Positions 38,678-49,045 of a DNA stretch of 64,000 nucleotides are shown here, piece by piece. Origin of the DNA: Planctomycetota bacterium (GTDB taxonomy: Bacteria > Planctomycetota > PLA2); assembly GCA_021776735.1 (NCBI GenBank), contig JAJFFH010000042.1:8767-72766 (forward strand), written 5' to 3'. Position 1 is the stretch's first letter. Every line of letters begins with the position of its first letter. The notes below the pieces were generated by a model. That model worked only from the letters and a program-made list of their open reading frames with translations, was not told the origin of the DNA and did no database searches. Position numbers and translations under genes: made by a program.

Positions 38678-39718
38678 ATGACAGCCACCACCAGCCCCCG
38701 AACCCCCGAAACATCGCCGTCCTTGGCTGTCTCGGAGTCTTCCACGCCCATGACGGCCGCGCTGCAGGAGCGCTACGGCCGGCCGGACCAACTCTGCCTG
38801 GGACAAGTCGAACGGCCCGCGGTCGGTGACGACGACCTCGTGATTCGGGTGCACGCCGCCGCGGTCTGCCGCGGCGATTGGCACTTGCAGACCGGTCGCC
38901 CGTATCTCGTCCGCGCGGTCTTCGGGCTGCGCCGGCCGAGAATCCGCATCCCGGGGCAGGGTGTTGCCGGGCGGGTCGAGGTTGTCGGGCGCAACGTCAC
39001 CGGCTTTGAGCCGGGAGACGCGGTGTTCGGTGCGCTGCGGGGCGGCGCGTTCGCGGAGTACGCTTGCGCCTCGGCGGACGAGGTCGTGCACGTGCCGGCG
39101 AATCTCACGCTCGAGCAGGCGGCGGCGGTTCCGACCGGTGGTTTCACCGCTCTGCAGGGTCTGCGCGCGGGCGGGTCGATCGAGCCCGGGCAAGACGTGT
39201 TGATCAACGGTGCGTCCGGCGGGGTCGGTTCGCTCGCCGTTCAGATCGCGCGGCACTTCGGGGCGCGGGTGACCGGGGTGTGCAGCACGAAAAACGTCGA
39301 AGAGGTGTTGTCGCTTGGTGCCCATGACGTCATCGACTACACGCGCGAGGACTTCACGAAGAGCGACGCGCGCTTCGACCTGATGCTCGACCTCGTCGGC
39401 AAGCGGTCGCCGTCGCAGTGCCGGCGCGTGCTGAAGCCGAAGGGGACGTACGTTTCGTCGGCAGGACCGGCCGGGGATTGGATCGCGCCGCTGATTCAGC
39501 TGCTCAAGGTAGCCGTCGGCTCGCTCGTCGGAAGCCAACGGATGGTGTCGCTGCTGGCGAAGCCGAACCGCGAGGATCTGCTGGTGCTGCGCGAACTGCT
39601 CGCGTCCGGAGCGATCGTGCCGGTCGTCGGGCGGCGCAGAACCCTGGGCGACCTACCCGATGCGCTGCGCCAAGTGGGCGAGGGACACTCCCGGGGTACG
39701 GCCGTGTTGACGGTCTGA
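38678..39718 (+). CDS. MDR-family zinc-type alcohol dehydrogenase / NADPH:quinone oxidoreductase
   Basis: GASGGVGSLAVQIARHFGARV cofactor motif. Confidence 0.85.
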   Translation: MTATTSPRTPETSPSLAVSESSTPMTAALQERYGRPDQLCLGQVERPAVGDDDLVIRVHAAAVCRGDWHLQTGRPYLVRAVFGLRRPRIRIPGQGVAGRVEVVGRNVTGFEPGDAVFGALRGGAFAEYACASADEVVHVPANLTLEQAAAVPTGGFTALQGLRAGGSIEPGQDVLINGASGGVGSLAVQIARHFGARVTGVCSTKNVEEVLSLGAHDVIDYTREDFTKSDARFDLMLDLVGKRSPSQCRRVLKPKGTYVSSAGPAGDWIAPLIQLLKVAVGSLVGSQRMVSLLAKPNREDLLVLRELLASGAIVPVVGRRRTLGDLPDALRQVGEGHSRGTAVLTV

Positions 39719-39722
39719 CGCG

Positions 39723-40427
39723 ATGGGTGCGGCAAACGACAAGAACCGCGCGCACGACCGCCCCCCGCTGAACCGCAAGCGGGTGTTGCGTGCGGCGTTG
39801 CGCCTCGCCGACGAGGCGGGGATCGACGCGCTCACGATGCGGCGTCTGGGCCAGGAACTCGGCGTGCAGGCGATGTCGCTCTACAACCACGTCGCCAACA
39901 AAGACGACATCCTGGACGGCCTCGTCGAGGAAACTGTCGAGGAGATCGTGGGCGAAATCGATGCGCCGCCGGCGCAGGGTGTCGATTGGAGAGCCGCCCT
40001 ACGCCGGCGCGCGATCTCTGCCCGCAACGTCTTGCTCCGTCATCCCTGGGCGACGCACCTGATCGTGTCGCGGATCAACATCGGCCCCATGATGTTGGGC
40101 TACGTGGACCGCACCATCGGCACGTTACGACAAGCGGGTTTCTCGATCGCGATGGTCGATCATGCCTGGAACGCCATCGACAGCTACATCTACGGCTTTA
40201 CGCTCCAAAAGCTGAACTTCCCCATCGACCCGACAGAGTACGCGGACGCCGCCGCCGGCTACCTCCCGCAACTTTCGGACACGGAACACCCCCATCTCCG
40301 CGAAATGACCAAAGCGGTTGCAGAGCGCCGGCACGACGGCATGCCCGACTTCGAGTTCGGCCTGGACCTGATCCTCGACGGGCTGGGGAAGATCGCCGAC
40401 GCGCCGCGATCACGCGACGGTCCGTAA
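39723..40427 (+). CDS. TetR/AcrR family transcriptional regulator
   Basis: N-terminal HTH (LTMRRLGQELGVQAMSLYNHV); C-terminal TetR_C domain. Confidence 0.85.
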   Translation: MGAANDKNRAHDRPPLNRKRVLRAALRLADEAGIDALTMRRLGQELGVQAMSLYNHVANKDDILDGLVEETVEEIVGEIDAPPAQGVDWRAALRRRAISARNVLLRHPWATHLIVSRINIGPMMLGYVDRTIGTLRQAGFSIAMVDHAWNAIDSYIYGFTLQKLNFPIDPTEYADAAAGYLPQLSDTEHPHLREMTKAVAERRHDGMPDFEFGLDLILDGLGKIADAPRSRDGP

Positions 40428-40704
40428 GCAACCGTTCAAATCGGGAGCTAGTCGGCGCGCGTCAAGGTCGGCAAGTACCCGACATGGAGGCCCCGGGCAG
40501 CCGACGCGCAAGGGTCCGCGTAAGGCGTCGTCCTCAAGCAGGCGGGCGGCATCCAGCGATTCCATGGTTCTCAACAGGCTGTGGTCGAGGGGTCCGGAAA
40601 TGTCCCACCGAGAAGACGCTTCGCCCCGAATCCGCAAGCCGCGACCGGGCGGCTGACCCCGAGAACAGCCGTCGTGCGCGGCGCAACCGCAACCCGTAGG
40701 CGGC

Positions 40705-43700
40705 TCAGCGCGCGCGTTCGAGACGCACTTCGATCGCCCGCGGCTGGCCCGGTTCGAGCGTGACCGTGCGCGTCTTCGTCCGGAAGCCCTCGGCGGCGAT
40801 CGAAAGCTGCACCGGCCCGAGCGGCAGGAACGGCTTGCGCAGGATCCCATCGCCTCCGGTACGGGAGCAGCCGTGCCCCTCCGGCTCCCGCCATGGCATG
40901 GTCGAGGAGTCCATCGGAGCAAGGGCCGGGCACGTCCACGTCAATTCGGCGTTCGCCAGGGGCCGGGATCGGTCGTCGACGACACGAATGGTGAGCGGCG
41001 CCGGCGCTGCGAGCTGTACCGCGACCTCGTTCGTCACGCCGCCCTCCACATCGACCGAGTGCACCGCAAACGGATGCCGCGGCGACAGTACGCACACCGC
41101 GTATCGTCCCGGCCGCAACAGCCACACGGTCGAGTGCCCCCGTTGGTTCGTCAGCGTGCCAGGGAACCCGGTCTCGCGCCCGGGCGGCAGCGCGTACACG
41201 GCAGCCCAGCGCACCGCGTTGCCGAGCGGGTCCGTCACTTTGGCCGACACGCGCCCTTCATCGCCCAGACGGATCCCGCCGAGGTCGACCGTCTTGCCCG
41301 CCGTGACCCGCAACGGCTCGGAGAGAAACGGCGCATGACTCTCCGCCGCGATTTCGATCACCCACTTCCCGGGCGGGACCGCGGTCAAGAAGGTACCGCT
41401 CTCGCTTTCAATGTCCTCGACGTTTTCCTCGACCCGCACCAGCTTCGACATCCGGTACAGCGCCACGACGTAGCTCGTCAACGGCAGGCCGGTGCGTTTC
41501 GACCGGACGCGTCCCTTCACGTACCCGCCGGCGAACGGCACAACAAGCGTTACGTCCCGCCCGCCGGCCTCGACGGTCCAGGGTTCGAACGCGGGATCAA
41601 ACTGGAGAGCGAGGTCGGTGCGGCTGACGCCGACCTTGTACAGGCCGGGCAACAGGCTCCGGAACGTGAACGTGCCGTCGCGGCGCACCTCATTCGGCCC
41701 GAACGCTTCGCCCGCATAGTCGCGGTAGGGCTGCTTCGCATCCGAGCTGACGATCATCACGTACCGACCGCGAACCGGCTCGCCCGCGGGCATGACAACG
41801 CGCCCGGTGATCGACTTGCACTCCCGCACCTCGAGTACGGTGGTGCCGGACGCTTCGGAGCCGGCCTCCACCTCCACGCTCGGGCTGCGGTTGCCGTCGC
41901 GATCGAACGCGACCAGCCACGCGGCTCCGACTCGCAAGCCGCGGATCTCGAACGAACCGTCCGGCAGGATGGCTGAGGACTTGCCGCCCGTCGAATCCAC
42001 GCGACCGGCTCGAACGGGGTTGCCGTCCGGGCCCAACACCCGCCCCTTGACCGTGCAACGCCCTGCTCCCTTGCGTGTCCCGACGTCGAGCTCTTGACCC
42101 GGCTCGACTCGCACGCCCGGGCCGGGCTGCGAAAAGAAGTGGGTATCCGACTGGAGAAGCACGAAGATTTCGGACGCATTCTGTAGCGCGAACGGTCCCA
42201 GCCTGAATCGACCCTCCTTGTTCGAGTACGCCACGGTGTCAACCCACCGGTCCTCGCGTAACACGACGCTCGCGCGAACTCCGGCGACCGGCTGGCCCCT
42301 TTCGTCGGTGACGCGGCCCGTGATCGTCGTCGGGGACGAGAGCACGATGTCGATTCCGGTCTCGACGTCGCCGGACGGCAGGTTCAACGCGATCGGACCT
42401 CCCCACCCGAGGCCCGGTCCGAAGTAGCCAGGCGCGAAGCCATCGGCTTCGGCTCGAATATAGGCCTCCCATGGGGGGATAGCCGGGAGCCGATAGCGTC
42501 CGTTCGCATCGGAGTGCACGACAGTGACGCGCCGGCCCTGTACATGCACGCGAGCGCCGGCGACCGGGTTGCCGTCCGGATCGGTAACTCGTCCTTCCAC
42601 TACGCCGCCCGGGTCCAGCTCCAACCTCACGTCGGCCGGGGCCGCGGGGACCGTTTTCGAAGCCGACACGAAGCCGAGCTGGTGGGCGAAGACGGTGACG
42701 GAGCCGCGCACCGCGCCGAGGCGCGCGCGCCCTTCTGCGTCGGTCGTCCGGGGGGCGAAGCTCTCGTCGTCCTCGTCCTCGCCCGTTGCGCTGAACCAGC
42801 CCGTCACGATCGCGCCGGCGACAGGTTCGCCGTCGACAGTTGTGACGACCACCGCGAGCGGAGTACCGCGGTTCAGGACCATCCGCACGTCCCCGGCGGC
42901 CTGCGTATCGACCCAGCGCTCCGCGGTGAAGCACTCCGGGTGCGAGACCCGCAAGAGTACGTAGCGCGACGGCCCTGCGTTCGCTTCGAAATCGCCGGAC
43001 GGGCCCGTGCGAACGGCGGCTCCGTCCAAGGCTCGCACCTGCGCGCCTTCGAGCGGCTGGTCCCGGTCGTCCACGACGACACCGCGCATCGGGCCGACGT
43101 TCCGCTCTGCATCGCCCGCGACTGCCTTAGACAACAAGGCGGCGCCGCGGTCTATGCGCATGCGCGGCCGCTCGTCCGCGGTGTGCGGCACCAGCACGAT
43201 CGTGAGTACCGTGACTGCCGCCAAGAGTCCCATCACGAGACGGGCCCCGCCGAAAGCGACCGCGGGTGCAGCGGACGCCCGGGAGGACGCGAGAAGCCCG
43301 ACCAGCGCGGCGCACCACGCACCGCGCCCGCGAAACACCCGGTCGAGCGCCCCGCGCAACTTCGCAAGCCCGCGCTGCTGGCGGCTCTTGACCGTTTCGA
43401 CGGAGACGCCCAGCCTCTTCGCGATGCGACGCGGCGGAAGATCCTCGAAGAACCGCATCACGATGACCGTGCGGTGCTCCCGATCGAGTTTACGTACGGC
43501 TTCGACGAGGCGCCGCTGGGCCTCGAGGCGGGCTAGATCGTCCACCGTAGCCGGCACACCCTCGCTCTTTGCCCGCCTTCGCTCGCGCGCCGCGCGCCGT
43601 TCGCGGGAACGAAGCGAGACGCCGACACGATTCCGAACGACGCCGCGCAGCCACGCACGCAGCGAGCGCCGCGGCGCGTCCTGGTCCTCCATCGCGATGA

Positions 43701-43815
43701 CGAGAGCGTCCTGCGCAACATCGGCCGCCTCGTGTTCATCGAACAAGAGCCTCCGGGCGAGCGCGTGCACGAATCGCGAGTGCGCAACGAATTCGTCCGA
43801 CGTCGGGTCTGTCAT
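40705..43815 (-). CDS. ECF sigma-70 domain fused to TM helix and periplasmic carboxypeptidase-regulatory-like repeat array (paralog 2)
   Basis: MTDPTSDEFVAHSRFVHALARRLL..DVAQDALVIAM (sigma2), RTVIVMRFFEDLPPRRIAKRLGVSVETVKSRQQRGL (sigma4), TM helix, then GRVTDPDGNPVAGARV-type repeats. Confidence 0.8.
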   Translation of the reverse strand: MTDPTSDEFVAHSRFVHALARRLLFDEHEAADVAQDALVIAMEDQDAPRRSLRAWLRGVVRNRVGVSLRSRERRAARERRRAKSEGVPATVDDLARLEAQRRLVEAVRKLDREHRTVIVMRFFEDLPPRRIAKRLGVSVETVKSRQQRGLAKLRGALDRVFRGRGAWCAALVGLLASSRASAAPAVAFGGARLVMGLLAAVTVLTIVLVPHTADERPRMRIDRGAALLSKAVAGDAERNVGPMRGVVVDDRDQPLEGAQVRALDGAAVRTGPSGDFEANAGPSRYVLLRVSHPECFTAERWVDTQAAGDVRMVLNRGTPLAVVVTTVDGEPVAGAIVTGWFSATGEDEDDESFAPRTTDAEGRARLGAVRGSVTVFAHQLGFVSASKTVPAAPADVRLELDPGGVVEGRVTDPDGNPVAGARVHVQGRRVTVVHSDANGRYRLPAIPPWEAYIRAEADGFAPGYFGPGLGWGGPIALNLPSGDVETGIDIVLSSPTTITGRVTDERGQPVAGVRASVVLREDRWVDTVAYSNKEGRFRLGPFALQNASEIFVLLQSDTHFFSQPGPGVRVEPGQELDVGTRKGAGRCTVKGRVLGPDGNPVRAGRVDSTGGKSSAILPDGSFEIRGLRVGAAWLVAFDRDGNRSPSVEVEAGSEASGTTVLEVRECKSITGRVVMPAGEPVRGRYVMIVSSDAKQPYRDYAGEAFGPNEVRRDGTFTFRSLLPGLYKVGVSRTDLALQFDPAFEPWTVEAGGRDVTLVVPFAGGYVKGRVRSKRTGLPLTSYVVALYRMSKLVRVEENVEDIESESGTFLTAVPPGKWVIEIAAESHAPFLSEPLRVTAGKTVDLGGIRLGDEGRVSAKVTDPLGNAVRWAAVYALPPGRETGFPGTLTNQRGHSTVWLLRPGRYAVCVLSPRHPFAVHSVDVEGGVTNEVAVQLAAPAPLTIRVVDDRSRPLANAELTWTCPALAPMDSSTMPWREPEGHGCSRTGGDGILRKPFLPLGPVQLSIAAEGFRTKTRTVTLEPGQPRAIEVRLERAR

Positions 43816-43912
43816 CTCACACTCTTAGTTACCGTGGATCGCGAATCGAGTTCAAACGCTCACGTCCGGAGCGCGCGTGGCCCGCAGACGTCCCCGGTCA
43901 GGTCCGCTTCGG

Positions 43913-44290
43913 TCATCCCCTCCCGGAAGGGACGGTGCACAGCCGTCGAAAAGACGTAGATGGCCACGATACACCGCCGCGGCCCGCCGCGGCGAAGAGC
44001 TTGGACGCGACGCTTGTGTCCCGCCGTTCAAAGTCCTCGTCCGGCTCGTCCCACATCAGGGCCGCGTGGACACGATCTGTGTGATCCCGGACACCGCTGA
44101 AGAACGAGTCCAACAACCGCGCAGCTCATGTCGACCACTCGCAGATTCTGCAAGAACTTCGCGCTGCCATAGGCCATGGCCGCAGCGATGCGTATGCCGC
44201 GCATGAGCAGCTCCATATCTTTCTCGCTCGGGGTCACCTGACCTTTCTTGATGAAGATGGTCTCGGTGCCGTCGGATCATGGCAAGTCGC
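43913..44290 (-). pseudogene. degraded gene remnant (frameshifted), lower GC
   Basis: Two frame fragments: DGTETIFIKKGQVTPSEKDMELLMRGIRIAAAMAYGSAKFLQNLRVVDMS and LDSFFSGVRDHTDRVHAALMWDEPDEDFERRDTSVASKLFAAAG; no intact ORF. Confidence 0.4.
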
Positions 44291-44438
44291 CGCTATTTTT
44301 TTGGCACACTCAGCCGGTCGATGGCGCATGGGAGAGGTAAACGCGAGTCCGGTCGGCGGCTGAATGGCCTGGCATCGCGGGTCGGTATCTGGTCTTCTTA
44401 GCATGCGGCGCTTTCGGCGGCCCGGAAAGGAGCAACGA

Positions 44439-45182
44439 ATGTCAATGCAGTGGATTTCGTTCCCGAGTGTGAACCCCTACAGCGAGTGGCCCATCACCTT
44501 CGCGGGGGCCAATGCGCCGCCGGGCACGACACCGGTGGGTGCGTTCTTCTTCTTGAGTGGACAGTTCCAGCGCAACTCGCCGGGGATGTTCGGGATAGAC
44601 ATCGTGCTGAATGGCAACGTGCTCGGTACGGCGTGGGCGTACGTGGACGCCACGGAGGGGTACCAGCTCATCAACGAGGTGCTCGTGCCCATCTCGCCGA
44701 TCGCCCCGAGCTACGAGATCGGCCTCCAGCCTCATCCGGGGCCGTTGACGTTCGGTCAACTGACCCCGGAGTGCTCCATGTCGGGCACGCTCGTGACGCT
44801 CTTCGGGCCGCAGGGGCTGGGCCAGATCCAGACCGCGAATGCCCGCGCGTCGTCCAACCCTCCGATCGAAGCCAGCGTCGGCATCCCGCCGGCGGGCCCT
44901 GCCATCGACGCGTTCATGCTGCTCTCGGGCCAGGTACTCCATCTGCAGTCGGCTCCCGGCGAGACGATTCTGCAGGTCGACAGCCCGAGTGGAAGCGGCA
45001 CGTCGCAAGGCTATGCGGCGATTTCGAGCCAGTCGCCCATGGCGCCGTTCTTGTTGGCGGCGGAGCAGCTGCCGCCGGACGGGCAATACCAGGCGCTCTT
45101 CAGCACGCCGACACCGGGGATCGTCGGAGCCACGTCGTCCCAGACCGCGAGCGTGGTCGAACTCGAACAGCCCGACAGGTAG
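44439..45182 (+). CDS. hypothetical protein P1 (two-domain), C-terminal tail ASVVELEQPDR
   Basis: AAGGAG RBS; ~55% GC; internal similarity to P2 (APFLLAAEQLPPDGQYQALF vs PAVLFAAAPNNGAYQLQF). Confidence 0.6.
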   Translation: MSMQWISFPSVNPYSEWPITFAGANAPPGTTPVGAFFFLSGQFQRNSPGMFGIDIVLNGNVLGTAWAYVDATEGYQLINEVLVPISPIAPSYEIGLQPHPGPLTFGQLTPECSMSGTLVTLFGPQGLGQIQTANARASSNPPIEASVGIPPAGPAIDAFMLLSGQVLHLQSAPGETILQVDSPSGSGTSQGYAAISSQSPMAPFLLAAEQLPPDGQYQALFSTPTPGIVGATSSQTASVVELEQPDR

Positions 45183-45191
45183 GAGGATCCG

Positions 45192-45551
45192 ATGAACTAC
45201 TTCAAATCCGCAATGGTCAATCAACAGGCCAATCAGAACGGCATTCAGACGATCACGCTGGAGACCGGAACGAACTCCTCCGCAAGCGCGCTCGTTCTCG
45301 TGTCACCGATGGTCCTCGTCACGGCAATCGGGCCTGTGGCAGTGGATATCGAATGCGACGGCGTGACTTGGGAAACCTACGGTCAGGCGGCCGAGACCGG
45401 CTACTTCCGGCTGCCAGCCGTGCTGTTCGCGGCTGCACCGAACAACGGCGCGTACCAATTGCAGTTCAGAGTTTCCATGACCAGCTCCACCTTCGACGAC
45501 AGCTGCTGGATCACCGCCAGCGTCGTCGAACTCGAACAGCCCGACAGGTAA
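45192..45551 (+). CDS. hypothetical protein P2 (single-domain paralog of P1), identical C-terminal tail ASVVELEQPDR
   Basis: Lies 9 nt after P1; its last 33 nt are 31/33 identical to the P1 3' end. Confidence 0.6.
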   Translation: MNYFKSAMVNQQANQNGIQTITLETGTNSSASALVLVSPMVLVTAIGPVAVDIECDGVTWETYGQAAETGYFRLPAVLFAAAPNNGAYQLQFRVSMTSSTFDDSCWITASVVELEQPDR

Positions 45552-45556
45552 CGCGC

Positions 45557-48500
45557 CTATCCGGGCGGCAGGGCATCGTCTGCCGCCCGGATCTTTTCCT
45601 CGAGCGGCGCGTAGCCCATCGCGACCGCCCCCGCGAGCCCTTCCGCGAACTCCCGGCGCGCGACATCCGTGTCCCCCAGATGCGCAGCGATCCTGCCAGC
45701 GAGGAAGTGGCCGATCGCGGCATGCGCGGCACGCCGGTACGCGACCGGAACCGCGCGGCGCGAATCCAGCATCGCGGCCAGGTCCGTCGCCGCCGGCGCC
45801 TCCGCGGCGAGCCCGTCCACGACCCGAAAGAGGAGGTGCCCGACTTCCCCGCCGTCAACTTTGCGGGCCCATTCCGGCCGCGGCGCGTCCAAGAGCAGCG
45901 CCATCGCCGCGCCCTCGGCCGTCGCGGAGGTCAAAGGAGGCGCGAGCTCTGCGAGTCGCGTCGCCGCATCGTCGCGGCGACCCTGGAGCATCGCGAGCTG
46001 CGCCTGGGCGACAATGACCTCGGCCTGGATCGCCTCGTTGTTCTGTTCGATGGCGAGCGCGCGCGCCTCCGCCAGAAGCGTCATAGCCTCGTCCGCGTCG
46101 CCGGTCGCCACGCTCAGCAGTCCCAGGTTCAGCAGCACGTGTACAAGGGCGAGCGTGTTGCGGGTCTCGCGCAGGACCGGCAGCGCGGTCTCGATTTCGC
46201 GCTTCGCGCCCGCCAAGTCGCCCTCCGCCTCCCGGACCTTCGCGAGAATCCACCGCGCCTGGGCGGCGTTACTGCGATGCCCTTCCAGCGCTAGCGTCCG
46301 GATCGCCCTCTCGAGCGCCGGCTTCGCCCCCTCGAGCTTTCCCGCCGATAACGTCGCGATGGCCAGGTTGACCCGGCTGCTCGCTGCGTTGCCCCGCCGG
46401 CCCGCCCGGTCCGCGAGATCGGCGGCTTCGGCGTAGAGCGCTGCTGCTTCGTCGAACTGCAGCCGTCGTAGCGCGACGGAGCCGAGTTGATCGACCGCGG
46501 CGGAGCGCAAGGCGACATCGTCGAGCCGCTTGAGCTGCGTGATCGCGAGCTGCAAGAACTCAGCGGCCTCTTCCAGCTCGTTGCGGCGTTTGAGCGCCGT
46601 ACCAAGGAGGAGGTTTGCATCGGCGCCGGCGCGCGTGTTCGCCAGCCGCTCGGCGCAGTCGCGCAACAGCGCCTCGTCCGCCCGGCCCTTCGTGGTGAGC
46701 TCCACCCGCTCCCGGCGCACGAGGCTGCGCAGCGCCAGCTCCTCGTCGCCGCGGTCGCGCGCGGCATGAGCGAGGCGTTCAAGCAGCGACAGCGCGGCGT
46801 CGCTCTCGCCCTCCTCGATCAGCGTGGAGGCGACGCGCTCGACCAACGTCGCCTGGTCGATCAACAGGTCGTCCGCGCAGTCGGCTTCGAGCAGGCCCGC
46901 TTGGCGCGCGAAGCGAAGGCACTCGCGGCGCCGCATCGCCTGCGCGGCCTCCTGCGACGCCCGCAGCAGGTGCGGCCGCGCGCGGCCCGCCTCGTTGCAG
47001 GCGGTCCAGTGGCGGGCGAGTCGCTTCGGGTCGATCTCTTCGCGCGGCTCAAGATGCGTCGCAAGCGCCCGGTGCGTGGCTGTCCGCAGCTCGGGCGCCA
47101 TCTGCTCGTAGAGCGCCTCTTGCAGGATCGGGGTCGCGAAGAGGTAGCCTGAAGGCGCGGTGCGCAGGACGGCCGGCGCGCGACAGAGACGCTGCAGATG
47201 CCGCAGCGTGGCGAGGAGTGGCAGGCCCGCGACGGCCGCGACCGCCTGACCCTCGACTTCGACCCCGTCGACGGCCGCGACCTCGAGGAGCAGCCGATCC
47301 TCTTCGGCGAGGCGAACGATGCGGGCTTCCGCAAGGTCGCGAAAGCGCGCCGGAAGCGCCTCCTCGCGCCAGCCCGGCCGAAGCGTGAACCGGTTGGCTT
47401 CGCGGACGATCGCCCCCGACGCCTCGAGGTCCTCGAGCAGTTCGATTCCGAAGCGGGGGTTGCTCGCGCAGCGCTCCGCGATGGTCTGCGCAAGCTCGGG
47501 CGGGAGCGCCACGCCGGCGCGCTCTTCGAGGAGCGAGAAGAGAGCCTCGGCCGCGAGCCCTTCGAGCTCGAGCCGGAGCGACCCATCGACCTCGGCCAGC
47601 TCGGTGGCGGCGCCGGGACGGGCGCCGACCCAGATCCGCCAACCGGAGCCGGCGAGCCGGCGGACCAGCGTAGTGAGCAAAGCGAGCTCGTCCGCCTGGA
47701 GGTGTTCGACGTGGTCGCAACAGAGGTCCGCGGGTGCGCCGCCCGACCAGCGGTGGAGCGCCGCCTCCGCCGCTTCGGCGAAGACCGCCGGCGACTCCGA
47801 CGACAACGCGCGGTGCAGCGCCGATCGGAGGCCGCCCGCGAGGCCGCCGCCCGCGGTGAACTCGAGGTCGCACCAGTGGCGGCCGTGCTCGCGAACGCGC
47901 CGCCGCGCGTCGACGAGGAGAGCGGTCTTGCCAACGCCCGACTCGCCGGTGACCAGAACGAGGCCGGCCCGTCCCTCCCGGATCCAGCCGTCGATCCGGT
48001 CGGTCTCGGACTCGCGACCGAACAGTGGCGCGCCGGAGTCGTCGCGCGGCGCCAGGGTCGCGAGGGGCCGGTCGAGGATGTCGAGCAGCTCCGCGCTCGA
48101 TTGCGCGCGCGCGACGGGGTCTGCGACCAGACAGCGCTCGATCACGCGCGCGACTCCCGGGTCGATGTCGCGGGGCGGCTCGTATTCGGCCGACTGCACG
48201 GCGCGGAAAAGCGCGCTCAGGTCGGTGCGCGGGAAGGGCGGCTCGCCGCAGGCGAGTTCGTAGGCCAGCACGCCGATGCTCCAGAGGTCCGAGGCGATAC
48301 TCGCGGACCTGCCGAGCAGGATCTCGGGCGCCATGTAGCTCGGCGTTCCGACGGGACCGCGCGCCTCGGTCGCGCCCGCGAGATCGGCGACGGTGAGCGC
48401 GAGGCCGAAGTCCGTCAGCCGCGGCGCGCCGTCAGCCGCGAGGAGCACGTTGGCCGGCTTGACATCGCGATGGAGGATGCCCGCGTCGTGGGCCGCAGCC

Positions 48501-49045
48501 AGGCCTGCCAGAACACCGCGCAGCATCTCACGCACGCGGGCGGCCGGAAGCGGGCGGCCGCTCGCGACGATGTCGTGCAGAGTCCCGCGCGGCACGTACT
48601 CCATCTCGAGCATGACGTCGCCGTCGCTCTCGTGCAATCGCAGCAGCGTGACGATGTGCGGCGACTGGAGCCGCGCCACCAGCCTCGCCTCCACCAGGAA
48701 GGGCGCCGGATCGGTGTGCGCGGTGTGCACGACCTTGAGCGCCACGCGTCGCCCGAGTTTTTCGTCGCGCGCGAGGTAGACGACGCCGAAGCCGCCGCGC
48801 CCCAGCTCCCGTTCGATCACCAGGTGTCCAGCGCCGGCGATCCGCGTCGCTTCCCCCTGCGGTGGATCCGACGGCGCCGTCACTTCCGAAAGAAACGGTC
48901 CCGCCCGGTCGTGGGCGTCCAGCAGCTCGTCGACCGCCCGGCGGAGCGCAGCGTCACTCCCGCAGAGGCGCTTCAGCGCACGCGCCCGCTCCTCACCGTC
49001 CAGGTCGAACACCCCCGTGAAGATTGAACGAGCGGAATCGGTCAC
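45557..49045 (-). CDS. Ser/Thr protein kinase fused to AAA (STAND-like) ATPase and TPR repeats
   Basis: HRDVKPANVLL, DFGLA, SYMAPE kinase motifs; GESGVGKTAL P-loop; long TPR region; GTGA overlap with the upstream ECF sigma stop. Confidence 0.85.
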   Translation of the reverse strand: MTDSARSIFTGVFDLDGEERARALKRLCGSDAALRRAVDELLDAHDRAGPFLSEVTAPSDPPQGEATRIAGAGHLVIERELGRGGFGVVYLARDEKLGRRVALKVVHTAHTDPAPFLVEARLVARLQSPHIVTLLRLHESDGDVMLEMEYVPRGTLHDIVASGRPLPAARVREMLRGVLAGLAAAHDAGILHRDVKPANVLLAADGAPRLTDFGLALTVADLAGATEARGPVGTPSYMAPEILLGRSASIASDLWSIGVLAYELACGEPPFPRTDLSALFRAVQSAEYEPPRDIDPGVARVIERCLVADPVARAQSSAELLDILDRPLATLAPRDDSGAPLFGRESETDRIDGWIREGRAGLVLVTGESGVGKTALLVDARRRVREHGRHWCDLEFTAGGGLAGGLRSALHRALSSESPAVFAEAAEAALHRWSGGAPADLCCDHVEHLQADELALLTTLVRRLAGSGWRIWVGARPGAATELAEVDGSLRLELEGLAAEALFSLLEERAGVALPPELAQTIAERCASNPRFGIELLEDLEASGAIVREANRFTLRPGWREEALPARFRDLAEARIVRLAEEDRLLLEVAAVDGVEVEGQAVAAVAGLPLLATLRHLQRLCRAPAVLRTAPSGYLFATPILQEALYEQMAPELRTATHRALATHLEPREEIDPKRLARHWTACNEAGRARPHLLRASQEAAQAMRRRECLRFARQAGLLEADCADDLLIDQATLVERVASTLIEEGESDAALSLLERLAHAARDRGDEELALRSLVRRERVELTTKGRADEALLRDCAERLANTRAGADANLLLGTALKRRNELEEAAEFLQLAITQLKRLDDVALRSAAVDQLGSVALRRLQFDEAAALYAEAADLADRAGRRGNAASSRVNLAIATLSAGKLEGAKPALERAIRTLALEGHRSNAAQARWILAKVREAEGDLAGAKREIETALPVLRETRNTLALVHVLLNLGLLSVATGDADEAMTLLAEARALAIEQNNEAIQAEVIVAQAQLAMLQGRRDDAATRLAELAPPLTSATAEGAAMALLLDAPRPEWARKVDGGEVGHLLFRVVDGLAAEAPAATDLAAMLDSRRAVPVAYRRAAHAAIGHFLAGRIAAHLGDTDVARREFAEGLAGAVAMGYAPLEEKIRAADDALPPG

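Noticed and set aside
44056-44280. 74-aa and 69-aa ORFs as separate small genes
   Set aside because: Better explained as frames of one decayed low-GC gene; no RBS, and fragments are split between frames.
47198-49027. 609-aa plus-strand ORF
   Set aside because: Antisense of the kinase-AAA-TPR gene.
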